From assembly GCA_041640455.1 (NCBI GenBank), contig JBEQAF010000025.1, positions 1-16,826 on the forward strand: 16,826 nt of DNA, given 5' to 3'. This document shows positions 5,776 through 14,353 of the stretch, piece after piece. Source of the DNA: a bacterium. GTDB taxonomy: Bacteria; CALINM01. Positions within the stretch are counted from its first letter, which is position 1; each line of letters begins with the position of its first letter. A model generated the notes under the pieces. It was not told the origin of the DNA. It searched no databases and worked only from the letters and a program-made list of their open reading frames with translations. The position numbers and the translations under genes were made by a program.

Positions 5776-8579
5776 TGGAAGAAAAGTTTATAATAATTAA
5801 GGGTGCGAGACAGCATAACCTTAAAAATATAGATGTCAGAATACCCCGAGATAGATTAACTGTAATTACCGGTGTATCGGGATCGGGTAAGTCTTCTCTC
5901 GCTTTCGACACCATTTATGCAGAGGGGCAGAGAAGATATGTGGAGTCCCTGTCGCCCTATGCGAGGCAGTTCCTTGAGCTTATGGAGAAGCCCGATCTGG
6001 ATGTAATTGAAGGGCTCTCACCCGCTATTGCCATTGAACAGAAAGCTATTAGCAAAAACCCCCGCTCTACGGTTGGAACAGTTACCGAGATCTATGACTA
6101 TCTGCGAGTACTTTTTGCAAGGGTTGGAAAGGCTTACTGCCCTTCATGCCATATCCCCATCTCTGCCATGACCATCTCTGAAATAATTGATGAAATATTA
6201 TCCTTTCCGGAAGGAACAAAGATAATAGTTGAGGCACCTATTGTAAAAGGGAGAAAAGGCGAGTACAGGAAGGAGCTGGATCTTTATAGGAAAAAGGGGT
6301 TTATAAGGGCAAGAATAGACGGAGAGATAGTTGAGATAAACGATGATATTGAGCTTAACAAAAAGATAAAACATGATATAAGCCTGATTATTGACAGGCT
6401 TTTGATAAAAGATGGGATAAGACAGCGACTTACTGACTCGGTCGAGATGGCTTCCAAGATCTCGAAGGGAATAATTGAGGTACAGGTACTTGACGGAGAG
6501 AGATTTACTTTTAATCAAAGCTTTGCCTGCAATACTTGTGGATTTACATTTCCTGAAATAACACCAAGAATGTTTTCATTCAATAATCCCTATGGTGCAT
6601 GTCCTACATGTGATGGACTGGGAGTAAAAAAGTTTTTCGACCCCAATCTAATAATAAATGAGAATCTTTCACTAAGAGAGGGCGCAATTATACCATGGAC
6701 AAGGAGTGATGGCACACTTTTATTTAGTGAAGAGCTCCAGAGAATAGCAAAATTTTTTAACCTGTCAGCCTCCATTAGCTTTGAAAAATTTCCTAAAGAG
6801 ATGAAAGAGTTTATAATCTTCGGCAGACATGCAATAGTAAACCCCCATCTGGAAAAGCTGGTGCCTCATTTTGCGGGCGTGATCCCCTGGCTCGAGGAGA
6901 AGTATGAAAGGGCTTATTATAATAGCGAGAAGGAGGTTTATGAACGATTTATTTCCTTTGGCGTATGTCCTGCCTGTGAAGGAAAAAGGCTTAAAAAGGA
7001 AAGCCTTTTTATAAAGATAGGTGATAAGAATATTGCCGAGATTACAGCAATGAACATTGAAGAGGCTTACAGCTTTTTTAAAAATTTAAAGTTTAAAGGG
7101 AAAGAAGAGATTATTTCAAAAAAAATATTGAAGGAGATACAGGAGAGATTGGAGTTTCTCCTGCAGGTAGGGCTATCATATCTTACGCTGGATCGTAGTG
7201 CACAGACGCTCTCAGGTGGTGAGTCACAGAGAATTAACCTGGCAACCCAGATCGGCTCAAAACTTATGGGAGTCCTGTATGTGCTTGATGAACCCACCAT
7301 AGGACTGCATCCGAGAGACAACGAGAAGCTTATAAATACCTTAAAAAGTCTCAAAGATATGGGTAATACAGTTATAGTTGTAGAGCATGATAAGGAGATG
7401 ATAGAATCGGCAGACTGGATTGTAGATCTGGGACCTATGGCTGGAGAGAAAGGAGGCGAAGTAGTCTTTGAAGGTACTCCGTCAGATATTATATTTGATG
7501 AAAAATCCCTGACAGGCAGATACCTGTCAGGTAGTCTTAGAATAGAAATAGAAAAAAAAAGAAAAACAGACAATAAAAAGTATCTCAATATTTTCGGTGT
7601 AAAAGAGAACAATCTTAAGAACATTGATGTATCCTTTCCCCTCGAATCCTTTATCTGTGTAACTGGAGTTTCTGGTTCAGGAAAAAGCAGTCTGATTATT
7701 GACACCCTTTATAAGGCGCTTGCAAACAAAATTATGAGAGCCAGAGTGAAACCTGGAAAATATGACAGAATCTCTGGTCTGGAACATATTGACAAGATTA
7801 TAGATGTTGATCAGTCTCCCATAGGTAGGACTCCGAGAAGTAATCCTGCCACCTATGTGGGCGTTTATACTCACATAAGAGAAGTATTTGCTATGCTTCC
7901 TCAGTCAAAGACAAGAGGCTACACTGCAAGCAGGTTCTCTTTTAATGTACGTGGAGGCAGGTGCGAGATATGCAAGGGTGAGGGATATGTTAAGGTGGAG
8001 ATGCATTTTATGCCAGACATTTATGTAGTTTGCGATCATTGCAGTGGTATGAGGTTTAACAGGGAGACCCTTGAGATAACATACAAAGGCAAAAATATAT
8101 ACGATATATTAAACCTGTCTGTAGAAGAAGCACTTGATTTCTTTGAGAATTATCCCGCCATTGTTAGTATGCTAACAGTTATGAAAGATGTGGGACTCGG
8201 ATATATCAGACTTGGTCAGCCGGCTACCACACTATCGGGTGGCGAGGCTCAGCGGATAAAGCTTGCTAAAGAGTTAGTCAAAAAGGATACGGGCAGAACA
8301 TTATATATTCTTGATGAGCCCACAACGGGGCTACATTTTGACGATATAAAAAAACTGCTTTATATACTTCATCAGCTTGTGAGCCTCGGAAACACTGTTA
8401 TTGTTATAGAGCACAATATTGATGTAATAAAAACCGCAGACTGGGTTATAGATCTGGGTCCCGAGGGAGGAGACAGAGGTGGTTACCTGATTGCAGCAGG
8501 TTCCCCCGAAGAGATAGCAAAAAATCCTGCTTCCTATACTGGCAGGTATCTAAAAAAAGCAGAAGAAAACATACTATGA
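5775..8579 (+). CDS. uvrA: Excinuclease ABC subunit A
   Basis: GARQHNLKN, two Walker A motifs GVSGSGKSSL, two LSGGE signatures, LDEPT Walker B motifs, CxxC zinc modules, RTPRSNPATY; 934 aa. Confidence 0.99.
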   Translation: MEEKFIIIKGARQHNLKNIDVRIPRDRLTVITGVSGSGKSSLAFDTIYAEGQRRYVESLSPYARQFLELMEKPDLDVIEGLSPAIAIEQKAISKNPRSTVGTVTEIYDYLRVLFARVGKAYCPSCHIPISAMTISEIIDEILSFPEGTKIIVEAPIVKGRKGEYRKELDLYRKKGFIRARIDGEIVEINDDIELNKKIKHDISLIIDRLLIKDGIRQRLTDSVEMASKISKGIIEVQVLDGERFTFNQSFACNTCGFTFPEITPRMFSFNNPYGACPTCDGLGVKKFFDPNLIINENLSLREGAIIPWTRSDGTLLFSEELQRIAKFFNLSASISFEKFPKEMKEFIIFGRHAIVNPHLEKLVPHFAGVIPWLEEKYERAYYNSEKEVYERFISFGVCPACEGKRLKKESLFIKIGDKNIAEITAMNIEEAYSFFKNLKFKGKEEIISKKILKEIQERLEFLLQVGLSYLTLDRSAQTLSGGESQRINLATQIGSKLMGVLYVLDEPTIGLHPRDNEKLINTLKSLKDMGNTVIVVEHDKEMIESADWIVDLGPMAGEKGGEVVFEGTPSDIIFDEKSLTGRYLSGSLRIEIEKKRKTDNKKYLNIFGVKENNLKNIDVSFPLESFICVTGVSGSGKSSLIIDTLYKALANKIMRARVKPGKYDRISGLEHIDKIIDVDQSPIGRTPRSNPATYVGVYTHIREVFAMLPQSKTRGYTASRFSFNVRGGRCEICKGEGYVKVEMHFMPDIYVVCDHCSGMRFNRETLEITYKGKNIYDILNLSVEEALDFFENYPAIVSMLTVMKDVGLGYIRLGQPATTLSGGEAQRIKLAKELVKKDTGRTLYILDEPTTGLHFDDIKKLLYILHQLVSLGNTVIVIEHNIDVIKTADWVIDLGPEGGDRGGYLIAAGSPEEIAKNPASYTGRYLKKAEENIL

Positions 8580-9688
8580 GAAATATTTTTTCATTCCTTG
8601 ACAGGACATTAAGGTCTGTAAAGTTTTCTGTAGTCCTCATGCTGCTTATCGCCATTGCAAGTATCTATGGTACTATCTATCCTGCAAAGACCCCCTTTGA
8701 CTTTAATCTTTATAAAACCCCCTATTATATAGGTCTGCTATTTCTTTTTGCCATAAATCTATCCTATTGCACTGTAACAAGGGTCTACAGACAGCTTAAA
8801 GGCAAATATGAAGCAGGATTGGTAGGAGATCATACTTATTACACTCAGGCTGATATAGGTTTGGTAAGAGAAAGGCTGATATCTGCTGGTTATGAGATTT
8901 TAGAAAAAGATTATGGACTGCTTGCCAGAAAGGGGCTTTTAAGATACAGCTCCATACTTGTTATTCACATCTCTCTGGTAATGCTGCTTGTATTTGCAGG
9001 GCTATCAAACCTTTTTAACTTTCATGGTACTGTGAATGTTCATGTGGGAGATGAAAAGGATCTGGTGTTTGACTGGAAAGAGAAGAGGGATGTTAAGTTC
9101 CCCTATAAGATTATCCCCCACTATCTTTTTGTGGAGTATTATCCAATGGATATTAAGATTGAGCTGGAAGATCAAAAAGGAGAGAAGACAGAGATTATTA
9201 CCAGAGAAAAAAAGACAGTCAGCTTTGCGGGTAGAAATATTTTTATAGAAAAGGCAGATCTAACGGATTTTAGCGTCCATTTCAGGATTGACGGTGAAAA
9301 AGATATTTTTAAAAATCTGACCCCCGATCAGACTATAAGAATAAAACTTAAAGCCTATGCAGACCCAGTGGTAAAGCAGTTTTACTGCGATCTGGAGCTT
9401 AAGGGGGTTGCAAAAAAAAGAATAAGCGTAAACGATCCGCTGACATACGAAGATTATAAGTTTTTTCTTATAGACACAGGCAAGGATGATTTTGGCTTTG
9501 ATTATGTGGGCTTTCAGATTACCCGTGAGCCCTTTATAAACCTTATCTGGCTGAGCTCCATATTGCTATGCTTATCGCTTTGTTTATACCCCTTCCTGAA
9601 AGAAAGTTTCATAAGGGTCTACAAGGAAGAAAAGGGGCTAAAAATAGTCTTTTTCAATGAAAAAAATATTTTTGAGGAGATAGGTTGA
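8576..9688 (+). CDS. Cytochrome c biogenesis ResB/CcsB-like membrane protein
   Basis: Three N-terminal TM segments (IASIYGT; LFAINLSYCT; VIHISLVMLL with the conserved His), a large soluble domain with ISVNDPLTY, and a C-terminal TM after REP. Confidence 0.8.
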   Translation: MRNIFSFLDRTLRSVKFSVVLMLLIAIASIYGTIYPAKTPFDFNLYKTPYYIGLLFLFAINLSYCTVTRVYRQLKGKYEAGLVGDHTYYTQADIGLVRERLISAGYEILEKDYGLLARKGLLRYSSILVIHISLVMLLVFAGLSNLFNFHGTVNVHVGDEKDLVFDWKEKRDVKFPYKIIPHYLFVEYYPMDIKIELEDQKGEKTEIITREKKTVSFAGRNIFIEKADLTDFSVHFRIDGEKDIFKNLTPDQTIRIKLKAYADPVVKQFYCDLELKGVAKKRISVNDPLTYEDYKFFLIDTGKDDFGFDYVGFQITREPFINLIWLSSILLCLSLCLYPFLKESFIRVYKEEKGLKIVFFNEKNIFEEIG

Positions 9689-11145
9689 TTATTAAATTTC
9701 AGGGGCTATTTAAAAAGCTCATTATCTATCAGCTTATACTTTTTATTGCCATAACAATCAGCCTGCTACTAACCATATCTTTTTTTGAAAAGAAGTTCTG
9801 GAAGGACTATCTAATAAAGGACGCCTCATCAAAGATAAAGCTTTTAAACCCCATAATTATGAGAACCCTCTCTCGAGGGATCGGTAGAATTGATGAAGCT
9901 CAGGTTATAAAGGATATAGAAGAGCTGGTGAGAGATAAGGCGGATATAAAGTCGGTCTCCGTAATAAATGAGAGTGGCAGTCTGCTGATAAGCTATGGTG
10001 CTCAGCCCAGAACAGCTTTTAATCAGAAAAACTATAAAAAACATAAAGACGTGCTTTTCAGAGATGAGAAGATTGATGATAAATATTATCTTGACATGGT
10101 TATCCCCTTTGAGACGGTTGGTAGAACCCTTTTTTATATAAGGTATCTTATTCAAACAGCAGAAGTCCAGTATCAGATATTCAGTCTTAATATGTCTGTG
10201 ATTATCATAGGCTTTTTTTATCTCCTATTTGCAATTCTGCTATCCTATTTTTATGTTAAAAACATTATAGTTCCTCTGCAGACATTGACATCAAAGGCAA
10301 ATCTAATAAAGGAAGGCAATCTGAATCAGAATATACCAGTATTTCAGGATGAGATAGGTGAGCTATCAGAAGCTATATCTGCCATGATTGACGCTCTTAG
10401 AAAAAACCAGGAGGAGTTGAGGCTGAAAAACGAGAGGCTTAATAAGAGTATAGAAGAGGCTCTATATCTGCAAAATCAGATAATAAACTATGAAAAATTT
10501 GCCGCCCTTGGCAAAATCTCTGCAGGCATGTCTCATGAGATTGATAACCCGCTTGGCATAATTATCGGGCATTGTGAGTATCTAAAAAGCGAGATGCCTG
10601 AAGATAGTCCGCTAAAAGAGGATATAGACACCATATTAAGGGAGGCAAAAAGGATAAAAAATATACTGAGAAGCATGCTTGATTTTGCCAAGCCAAAAGA
10701 AAGCAAGATTAGAAATATAAATATTACCGAGCTGGTAAGAGGGGTTATAAGAGATTTTTCCTTTCAGAAGATATTTAAAAAAATATCAGCTTCCGTTGAA
10801 GGTACTGACCTTTGGGCAATGGCAGATGAAGGAAAGCTCCATCAATCCCTTGTAAATATTATTCTTAATGCCATTCAAGCCATGCCCGAAGGCGGCAGAA
10901 TATATATTTCTCTGAGGGAACAGGATGGCAGAGCTGTGATCTCTATTAAAGATGAAGGGGTTGGGATTCCCGAGGAGCTTCTTGAAAAGGCATTTGATAT
11001 ATTCTTTTCTACAAAAAAAGACGGTACAGGGATCGGGCTTGCCATTACAAAAAAATTTATTGAAGACATGGGCGGAAGCATAACGTTAAGCTCAGAGGAA
11101 GGAAAGGGGACAGAGGTTACCATCTATCTCCCTCTGGCAAAATAA
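9685..11145 (+). CDS. Membrane sensor histidine kinase (2 TM, extracytoplasmic domain, HAMP, HisKA, HATPase)
   Basis: HAMP PLQTL...DEIGEL; H-box SHEIDNPL; N-box NIILNAIQA; G1 DEGVGIP; F-box FFSTK; G2 GTGIGL. TTG start with SD GAGGAG at 9674-9679. Confidence 0.95.
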   Translation: MIIKFQGLFKKLIIYQLILFIAITISLLLTISFFEKKFWKDYLIKDASSKIKLLNPIIMRTLSRGIGRIDEAQVIKDIEELVRDKADIKSVSVINESGSLLISYGAQPRTAFNQKNYKKHKDVLFRDEKIDDKYYLDMVIPFETVGRTLFYIRYLIQTAEVQYQIFSLNMSVIIIGFFYLLFAILLSYFYVKNIIVPLQTLTSKANLIKEGNLNQNIPVFQDEIGELSEAISAMIDALRKNQEELRLKNERLNKSIEEALYLQNQIINYEKFAALGKISAGMSHEIDNPLGIIIGHCEYLKSEMPEDSPLKEDIDTILREAKRIKNILRSMLDFAKPKESKIRNINITELVRGVIRDFSFQKIFKKISASVEGTDLWAMADEGKLHQSLVNIILNAIQAMPEGGRIYISLREQDGRAVISIKDEGVGIPEELLEKAFDIFFSTKKDGTGIGLAITKKFIEDMGGSITLSSEEGKGTEVTIYLPLAK

Positions 11146-11164
11146 ATCTGAGAGAGGAAGAAGT

Positions 11165-11530
11165 CTAATTATGATTCAGAAAATCATGTACTCTCTCTAA
11201 AAGTTCAGAAAGATTGGGAGATTTTACCACAAAGGCATCGGCAAGAGATGCGGCATATACAGTCTTATAGGAAGAAAAGGCGCTACATAATATTATAGGT
11301 AATGTGGGATAAAAGCTTTTAGCCTTTCTTAAAACTTCCAGTCCATTCATCTTAGGCATTTTTATGTCAAGTATTACAAGGTCTGGTTTTTTGGAAAATA
11401 TCTGCTTCAAACCCTCTTCACCATCTTTGGCTAATAAAACCTTGTATTGCTTGCCAAAAATCTCTTTATAAAGTGTTCTTATATCCTTCTCATCATCCAC
11501 AACCAGTATGGTCTTTTTTATCTTTCTCAT
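11165..11530 (-). CDS. Single-domain response regulator (receiver only)
   Basis: ILVVDDE, LDIKMPKMNG, CSA, VVKS. Start moved from 11542 to ATG 11530 because GGAG (11537-11540, minus strand) sits 6 nt upstream of it. Confidence 0.92.
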   Translation of the reverse strand: MRKIKKTILVVDDEKDIRTLYKEIFGKQYKVLLAKDGEEGLKQIFSKKPDLVILDIKMPKMNGLEVLRKAKSFYPTLPIILCSAFSSYKTVYAASLADAFVVKSPNLSELLERVHDFLNHN

Positions 11531-11574
11531 TAAAAACTCCATAAAAATTAATAATTTGTTAATCTTTATTTGAG

Positions 11575-11604
11575 TTGACTATTAAAACTGCTTTATTTTA
11601 TTAT
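11575..11604 (+). promoter_or_regulatory. Possible sigma70 promoter for the TPR-rodZ-lpxC run
   Basis: TTGACT (11575-11580), 18 nt spacer, TATTAT (11599-11604). AT-rich context makes a chance match possible. Confidence 0.35.
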
Positions 11605-11624
11605 TAATACTGTCTTTAAAAATA

Positions 11625-11652
11625 ATTAAACATTTTATTTCAATTTTGTCAA
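11625..11652 (-). promoter_or_regulatory. Possible sigma70 promoter for the single-domain response regulator
   Basis: Minus strand TTGACA (11652-11647), 16 nt spacer, TTTAAT (11630-11625). Confidence 0.35.
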
Positions 11653-11671
11653 ATATGAAGACAAACTTTTT

Positions 11672-12406
11672 ATGAAATATCTCTATCTTTTTGTATTTAT
11701 TATTATTTTTGCCTGTGCACCCTCTGACAGGGCTGTTAAGGAATCAAAGATCCATTATGAGATGGGGCTCCTCTATTTTCAGGAAGGTGACTATGTAAGA
11801 TCTCTGCAGGAGTTTGTAAAGGCAAAAAATCTTAACAGTAATGATAAGTTTATCTGGAATGCCTTAGGGCTGGCTTATAAGGAGAGACGGCTGATAAAGG
11901 AAGCTAAGGAGGCTTTTGAAAATGCCCTATCCATAGACAGAGACTATTCGGAAGCTTACAACAATCTGGGGGTAATACTTCTCGAAGAGGGTAACTATAA
12001 AGAGGCTGTGAAGTATTTTGAAAAAGCTGTAAAAAACATCTTTTATACCACTCCGGAGCTTGCATATAATAACATGGGCTTTGCCTATGAGAAGCTTAAT
12101 TCGCTGGGAGAGGCAGAAAAAAATTACCGTGAAGCCATCTCTCTTAATCCAAGCTTCAGCCCCTCATATGTTAATTTAGCACGCATTTATGAGCAGACCA
12201 GAAGATACAAAGAGGCAGAAGAGTTATTATTAAAATTCCTGAACGCCTTTGAAAACCATCTGGAGGTTAATTTTGTCCTCGGCAGTTTTTACTTTAGAAC
12301 CGGTCAGACTAATAAAGCTAAAAGTGTTTTGACTAAGGTTATAAATATTGATTCAAGATCAGATTATGCCAGACTGGCAAAAAAGATGTTAGATGAGTTA
12401 AAGTGA
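11672..12406 (+). CDS. TPR lipoprotein, PilF/PilW/Tgl-like type IV pilus secretin pilotin
   Basis: Lipobox IFAC; tandem TPRs (WNALG, AYNNLG, YTTPELAYNNMG, YVNLA). Located directly upstream of rodZ, as in the known pilF-rodZ arrangement. Confidence 0.8.
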   Translation: MKYLYLFVFIIIFACAPSDRAVKESKIHYEMGLLYFQEGDYVRSLQEFVKAKNLNSNDKFIWNALGLAYKERRLIKEAKEAFENALSIDRDYSEAYNNLGVILLEEGNYKEAVKYFEKAVKNIFYTTPELAYNNMGFAYEKLNSLGEAEKNYREAISLNPSFSPSYVNLARIYEQTRRYKEAEELLLKFLNAFENHLEVNFVLGSFYFRTGQTNKAKSVLTKVINIDSRSDYARLAKKMLDELK

Positions 12407-13146
12407 AAGAGCTTTATGTTGAAAAAATAGGCAGTCTGTTGCGAGATGCGAGAGAGAAAAAGGGATTAAGCCTTGAGCATGTATCCTCAGAGCTTAAAAT
12501 TAACCCTGATTATCTAACTGCTCTTGAGGAAGGCGATCTAAACAGAATCCCTGCCATTATCTTTGCAAAAGGGTTTCTGAAAAATTATGCCAATTATTTA
12601 GGGCTGGATGGAGACAGACTGGTTTATATATTAACACGGGAGATTCTTCAGGAAAAACAGTTTTCACCGGTAGAGAGTAGAGAAAGTGTTATAAGGGAAG
12701 AAAAAAATAAAAAGCTGCTGAGAAATCTGTTCCTTATATGCCTTTTTGGGATTATTCTTTTTTCCTGGTTAAGAGTAAGTCATGTAAATAACCAGCGAAA
12801 TATGGAGATAGAGAAAAGAAAGACTACAAATTTTAATACCCTTACCACCGCAAAGGAGCTGGCGCTTCACGAGGAGAAGAAAAAGATCATAGGGGAAGCA
12901 GAAAACATAACAGATAAGGATCTTGTTATAATAAAGGCGTCGCAGGATTGCTGGGTAGAGGCAGTTTTTGAAGGTAATAAGATATATCAGGGTCTTCTGC
13001 TAAAAGGAGATAAAAAGGAGCTACCTTATAGAAAGGGGATGAAAATTAAGTTTGGTAATATCGGAGGGATTGAGCTGGTCATAAAAGGCGAGACTAAAAA
13101 AGAACTGGGTAGAGATGGTGAAGTTAAAGAGATTGTCATTGAATAG
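12403..13146 (+). CDS. rodZ: RodZ-like cytoskeleton protein (HTH, TM, DUF4115)
   Basis: IGSLLRDAREKKGLSL...ALEEG...KGFLKNYANYLGLD, a basic juxtamembrane stretch, one TM, and C-terminal DCWVE...GNIGG. GTGA overlap with the upstream gene. Confidence 0.88.
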   Translation: MKELYVEKIGSLLRDAREKKGLSLEHVSSELKINPDYLTALEEGDLNRIPAIIFAKGFLKNYANYLGLDGDRLVYILTREILQEKQFSPVESRESVIREEKNKKLLRNLFLICLFGIILFSWLRVSHVNNQRNMEIEKRKTTNFNTLTTAKELALHEEKKKIIGEAENITDKDLVIIKASQDCWVEAVFEGNKIYQGLLLKGDKKELPYRKGMKIKFGNIGGIELVIKGETKKELGRDGEVKEIVIE

Positions 13147-13822
13147 ATATTTTCTACTAATAATATGTGCTCAAATCCTGCTAATCTCCTGTAGTGTCAA
13201 AAATAATAATATCATCTATGATAAAGAGCTAAAGAACTTTAATTTTGATAGACCTGCAAAAAAAATCTCCCTCGGTTTACTTACCTTCACGGATGGGCGT
13301 TCAGACTTTGACAGGCTCGGGGAAGATCTTACTCCACAGAGAAAATCCATAAGGGTATATGCTACAAAAATTGCGGAGGAGATACTGACTAAACATGGCG
13401 GTTTCTCATCGGTCATTATTATTCAGCCTTTTGAACTACCGGATTTTAACAATCAGGCAGAGCTGAACAGGTTTTTAAAAAACAGGGATGTTGACTATAT
13501 CTTTGCTGGAGAGATTCTTGAGGCGAAGGTAATAAAGATAGAGTCCAGAACGTCCGCAACAAAAAAAGTGAGAAATGTATTAAATTATGGCGCAGTTGGA
13601 GAGAATTTTGAGTATATGGGCAGGTCAAGGGTAAGAGGAAAGCTTTTCTCCATACAGGAAAAAAAAGTTATCTGGGAAGGTCAGGGGATAAGTAACTTCA
13701 AGCCCAATTCAAGGTATGCCACCTTTGAGACCAACCTTACCGGCGCACTTTATAATGCCATAGGCTCCATGCTTAAAAATATGAGCTCAGTTTTTGGTTT
13801 AAAGATTAAGGAAGTTCAGTAG
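13139..13822 (+). CDS. Hypothetical lipoprotein, possibly CsgG/LpoB/TolB-N-like fold
   Basis: Lipobox LISC. In-frame TTG at 13139 gives a normal-length signal peptide (ATG 13115 is the alternative start). Pattern: ISLGLLTFTDGR...VDYIFAGEI...GKLFSIQEKKVIWEG. Confidence 0.7.
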   Translation: MNRYFLLIICAQILLISCSVKNNNIIYDKELKNFNFDRPAKKISLGLLTFTDGRSDFDRLGEDLTPQRKSIRVYATKIAEEILTKHGGFSSVIIIQPFELPDFNNQAELNRFLKNRDVDYIFAGEILEAKVIKIESRTSATKKVRNVLNYGAVGENFEYMGRSRVRGKLFSIQEKKVIWEGQGISNFKPNSRYATFETNLTGALYNAIGSMLKNMSSVFGLKIKEVQ

Positions 13823-14349
13823 TGAACAAGCTTTTACTGCATATCTGCTGTGCACCCTGTCTTATATATCCCTTGAAAAGGTATAGAGAAATAGGAACAG
13901 ATCTGAAAGGTTTTTTTTATAATCCCAACATTCATCCCCTCGATGAGTACAGAAAGAGGGAGAAAACACTCACTGAGTATGCTAATGCGGAAAATCTAAA
14001 TATAATATACCAATCCTATGATATTGAAGACTATTTTAGCCTTTATGACAGGGAAAAGGATAGATGTGCCATCTGTTACAGGCTCAGGCTGGAAAAAACA
14101 GCCATCACGGCAAAAAATCTTGGCTACAATGCCTTCAGTACCACACTTCTTTATAGTGTGAGACAGAAACATGAACTTATAAAACAGATTGGAGAAGCCT
14201 TAGGATTGTTATATAATATAAAATTCTTCTATGAAGATTTCAGAAAGGGCTGGAAAGAGGGGATAGAAGAGAGTAAAAGGCTGGGGCTTTACAGACAAAG
14301 ATACTGTGGCTGTATATTCTCGGAAAAGGAACGGTTTTATAGGTCTTAA
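13822..14349 (+). CDS. queH: Epoxyqueuosine reductase QueH (DUF208)
   Basis: LLLHICCAPC, FYNPNIHP, RCAICYRLRL, FSTTL, YRQRYCGC; GTG start overlapping the upstream TAG. Confidence 0.95.
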   Translation: MNKLLLHICCAPCLIYPLKRYREIGTDLKGFFYNPNIHPLDEYRKREKTLTEYANAENLNIIYQSYDIEDYFSLYDREKDRCAICYRLRLEKTAITAKNLGYNAFSTTLLYSVRQKHELIKQIGEALGLLYNIKFFYEDFRKGWKEGIEESKRLGLYRQRYCGCIFSEKERFYRS

Positions 14350-14353
14350 GCTT

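Noticed and set aside
4239..7560. A9 homopolymers in maf (4239-4247) and uvrA (7552-7560) as phase-variation or frameshift sites
   Set aside because: Both genes are intact and full length; Lys-codon A-runs are common throughout this AT-rich window.
7067..7705. 212-aa antisense ORF inside uvrA (also 6198-6518, 6590-6775, 7677-7874, 8446-8655)
   Set aside because: Shadow ORFs opposite a highly conserved gene, with Ser/Ile/Phe-rich composition and no motifs.
11146..11200. Intrinsic terminator between the kinase and the response regulator
   Set aside because: Only weak, distant complementarity (GAGAGAG/CTCTCTC) and no compact stem followed by a U-tract.
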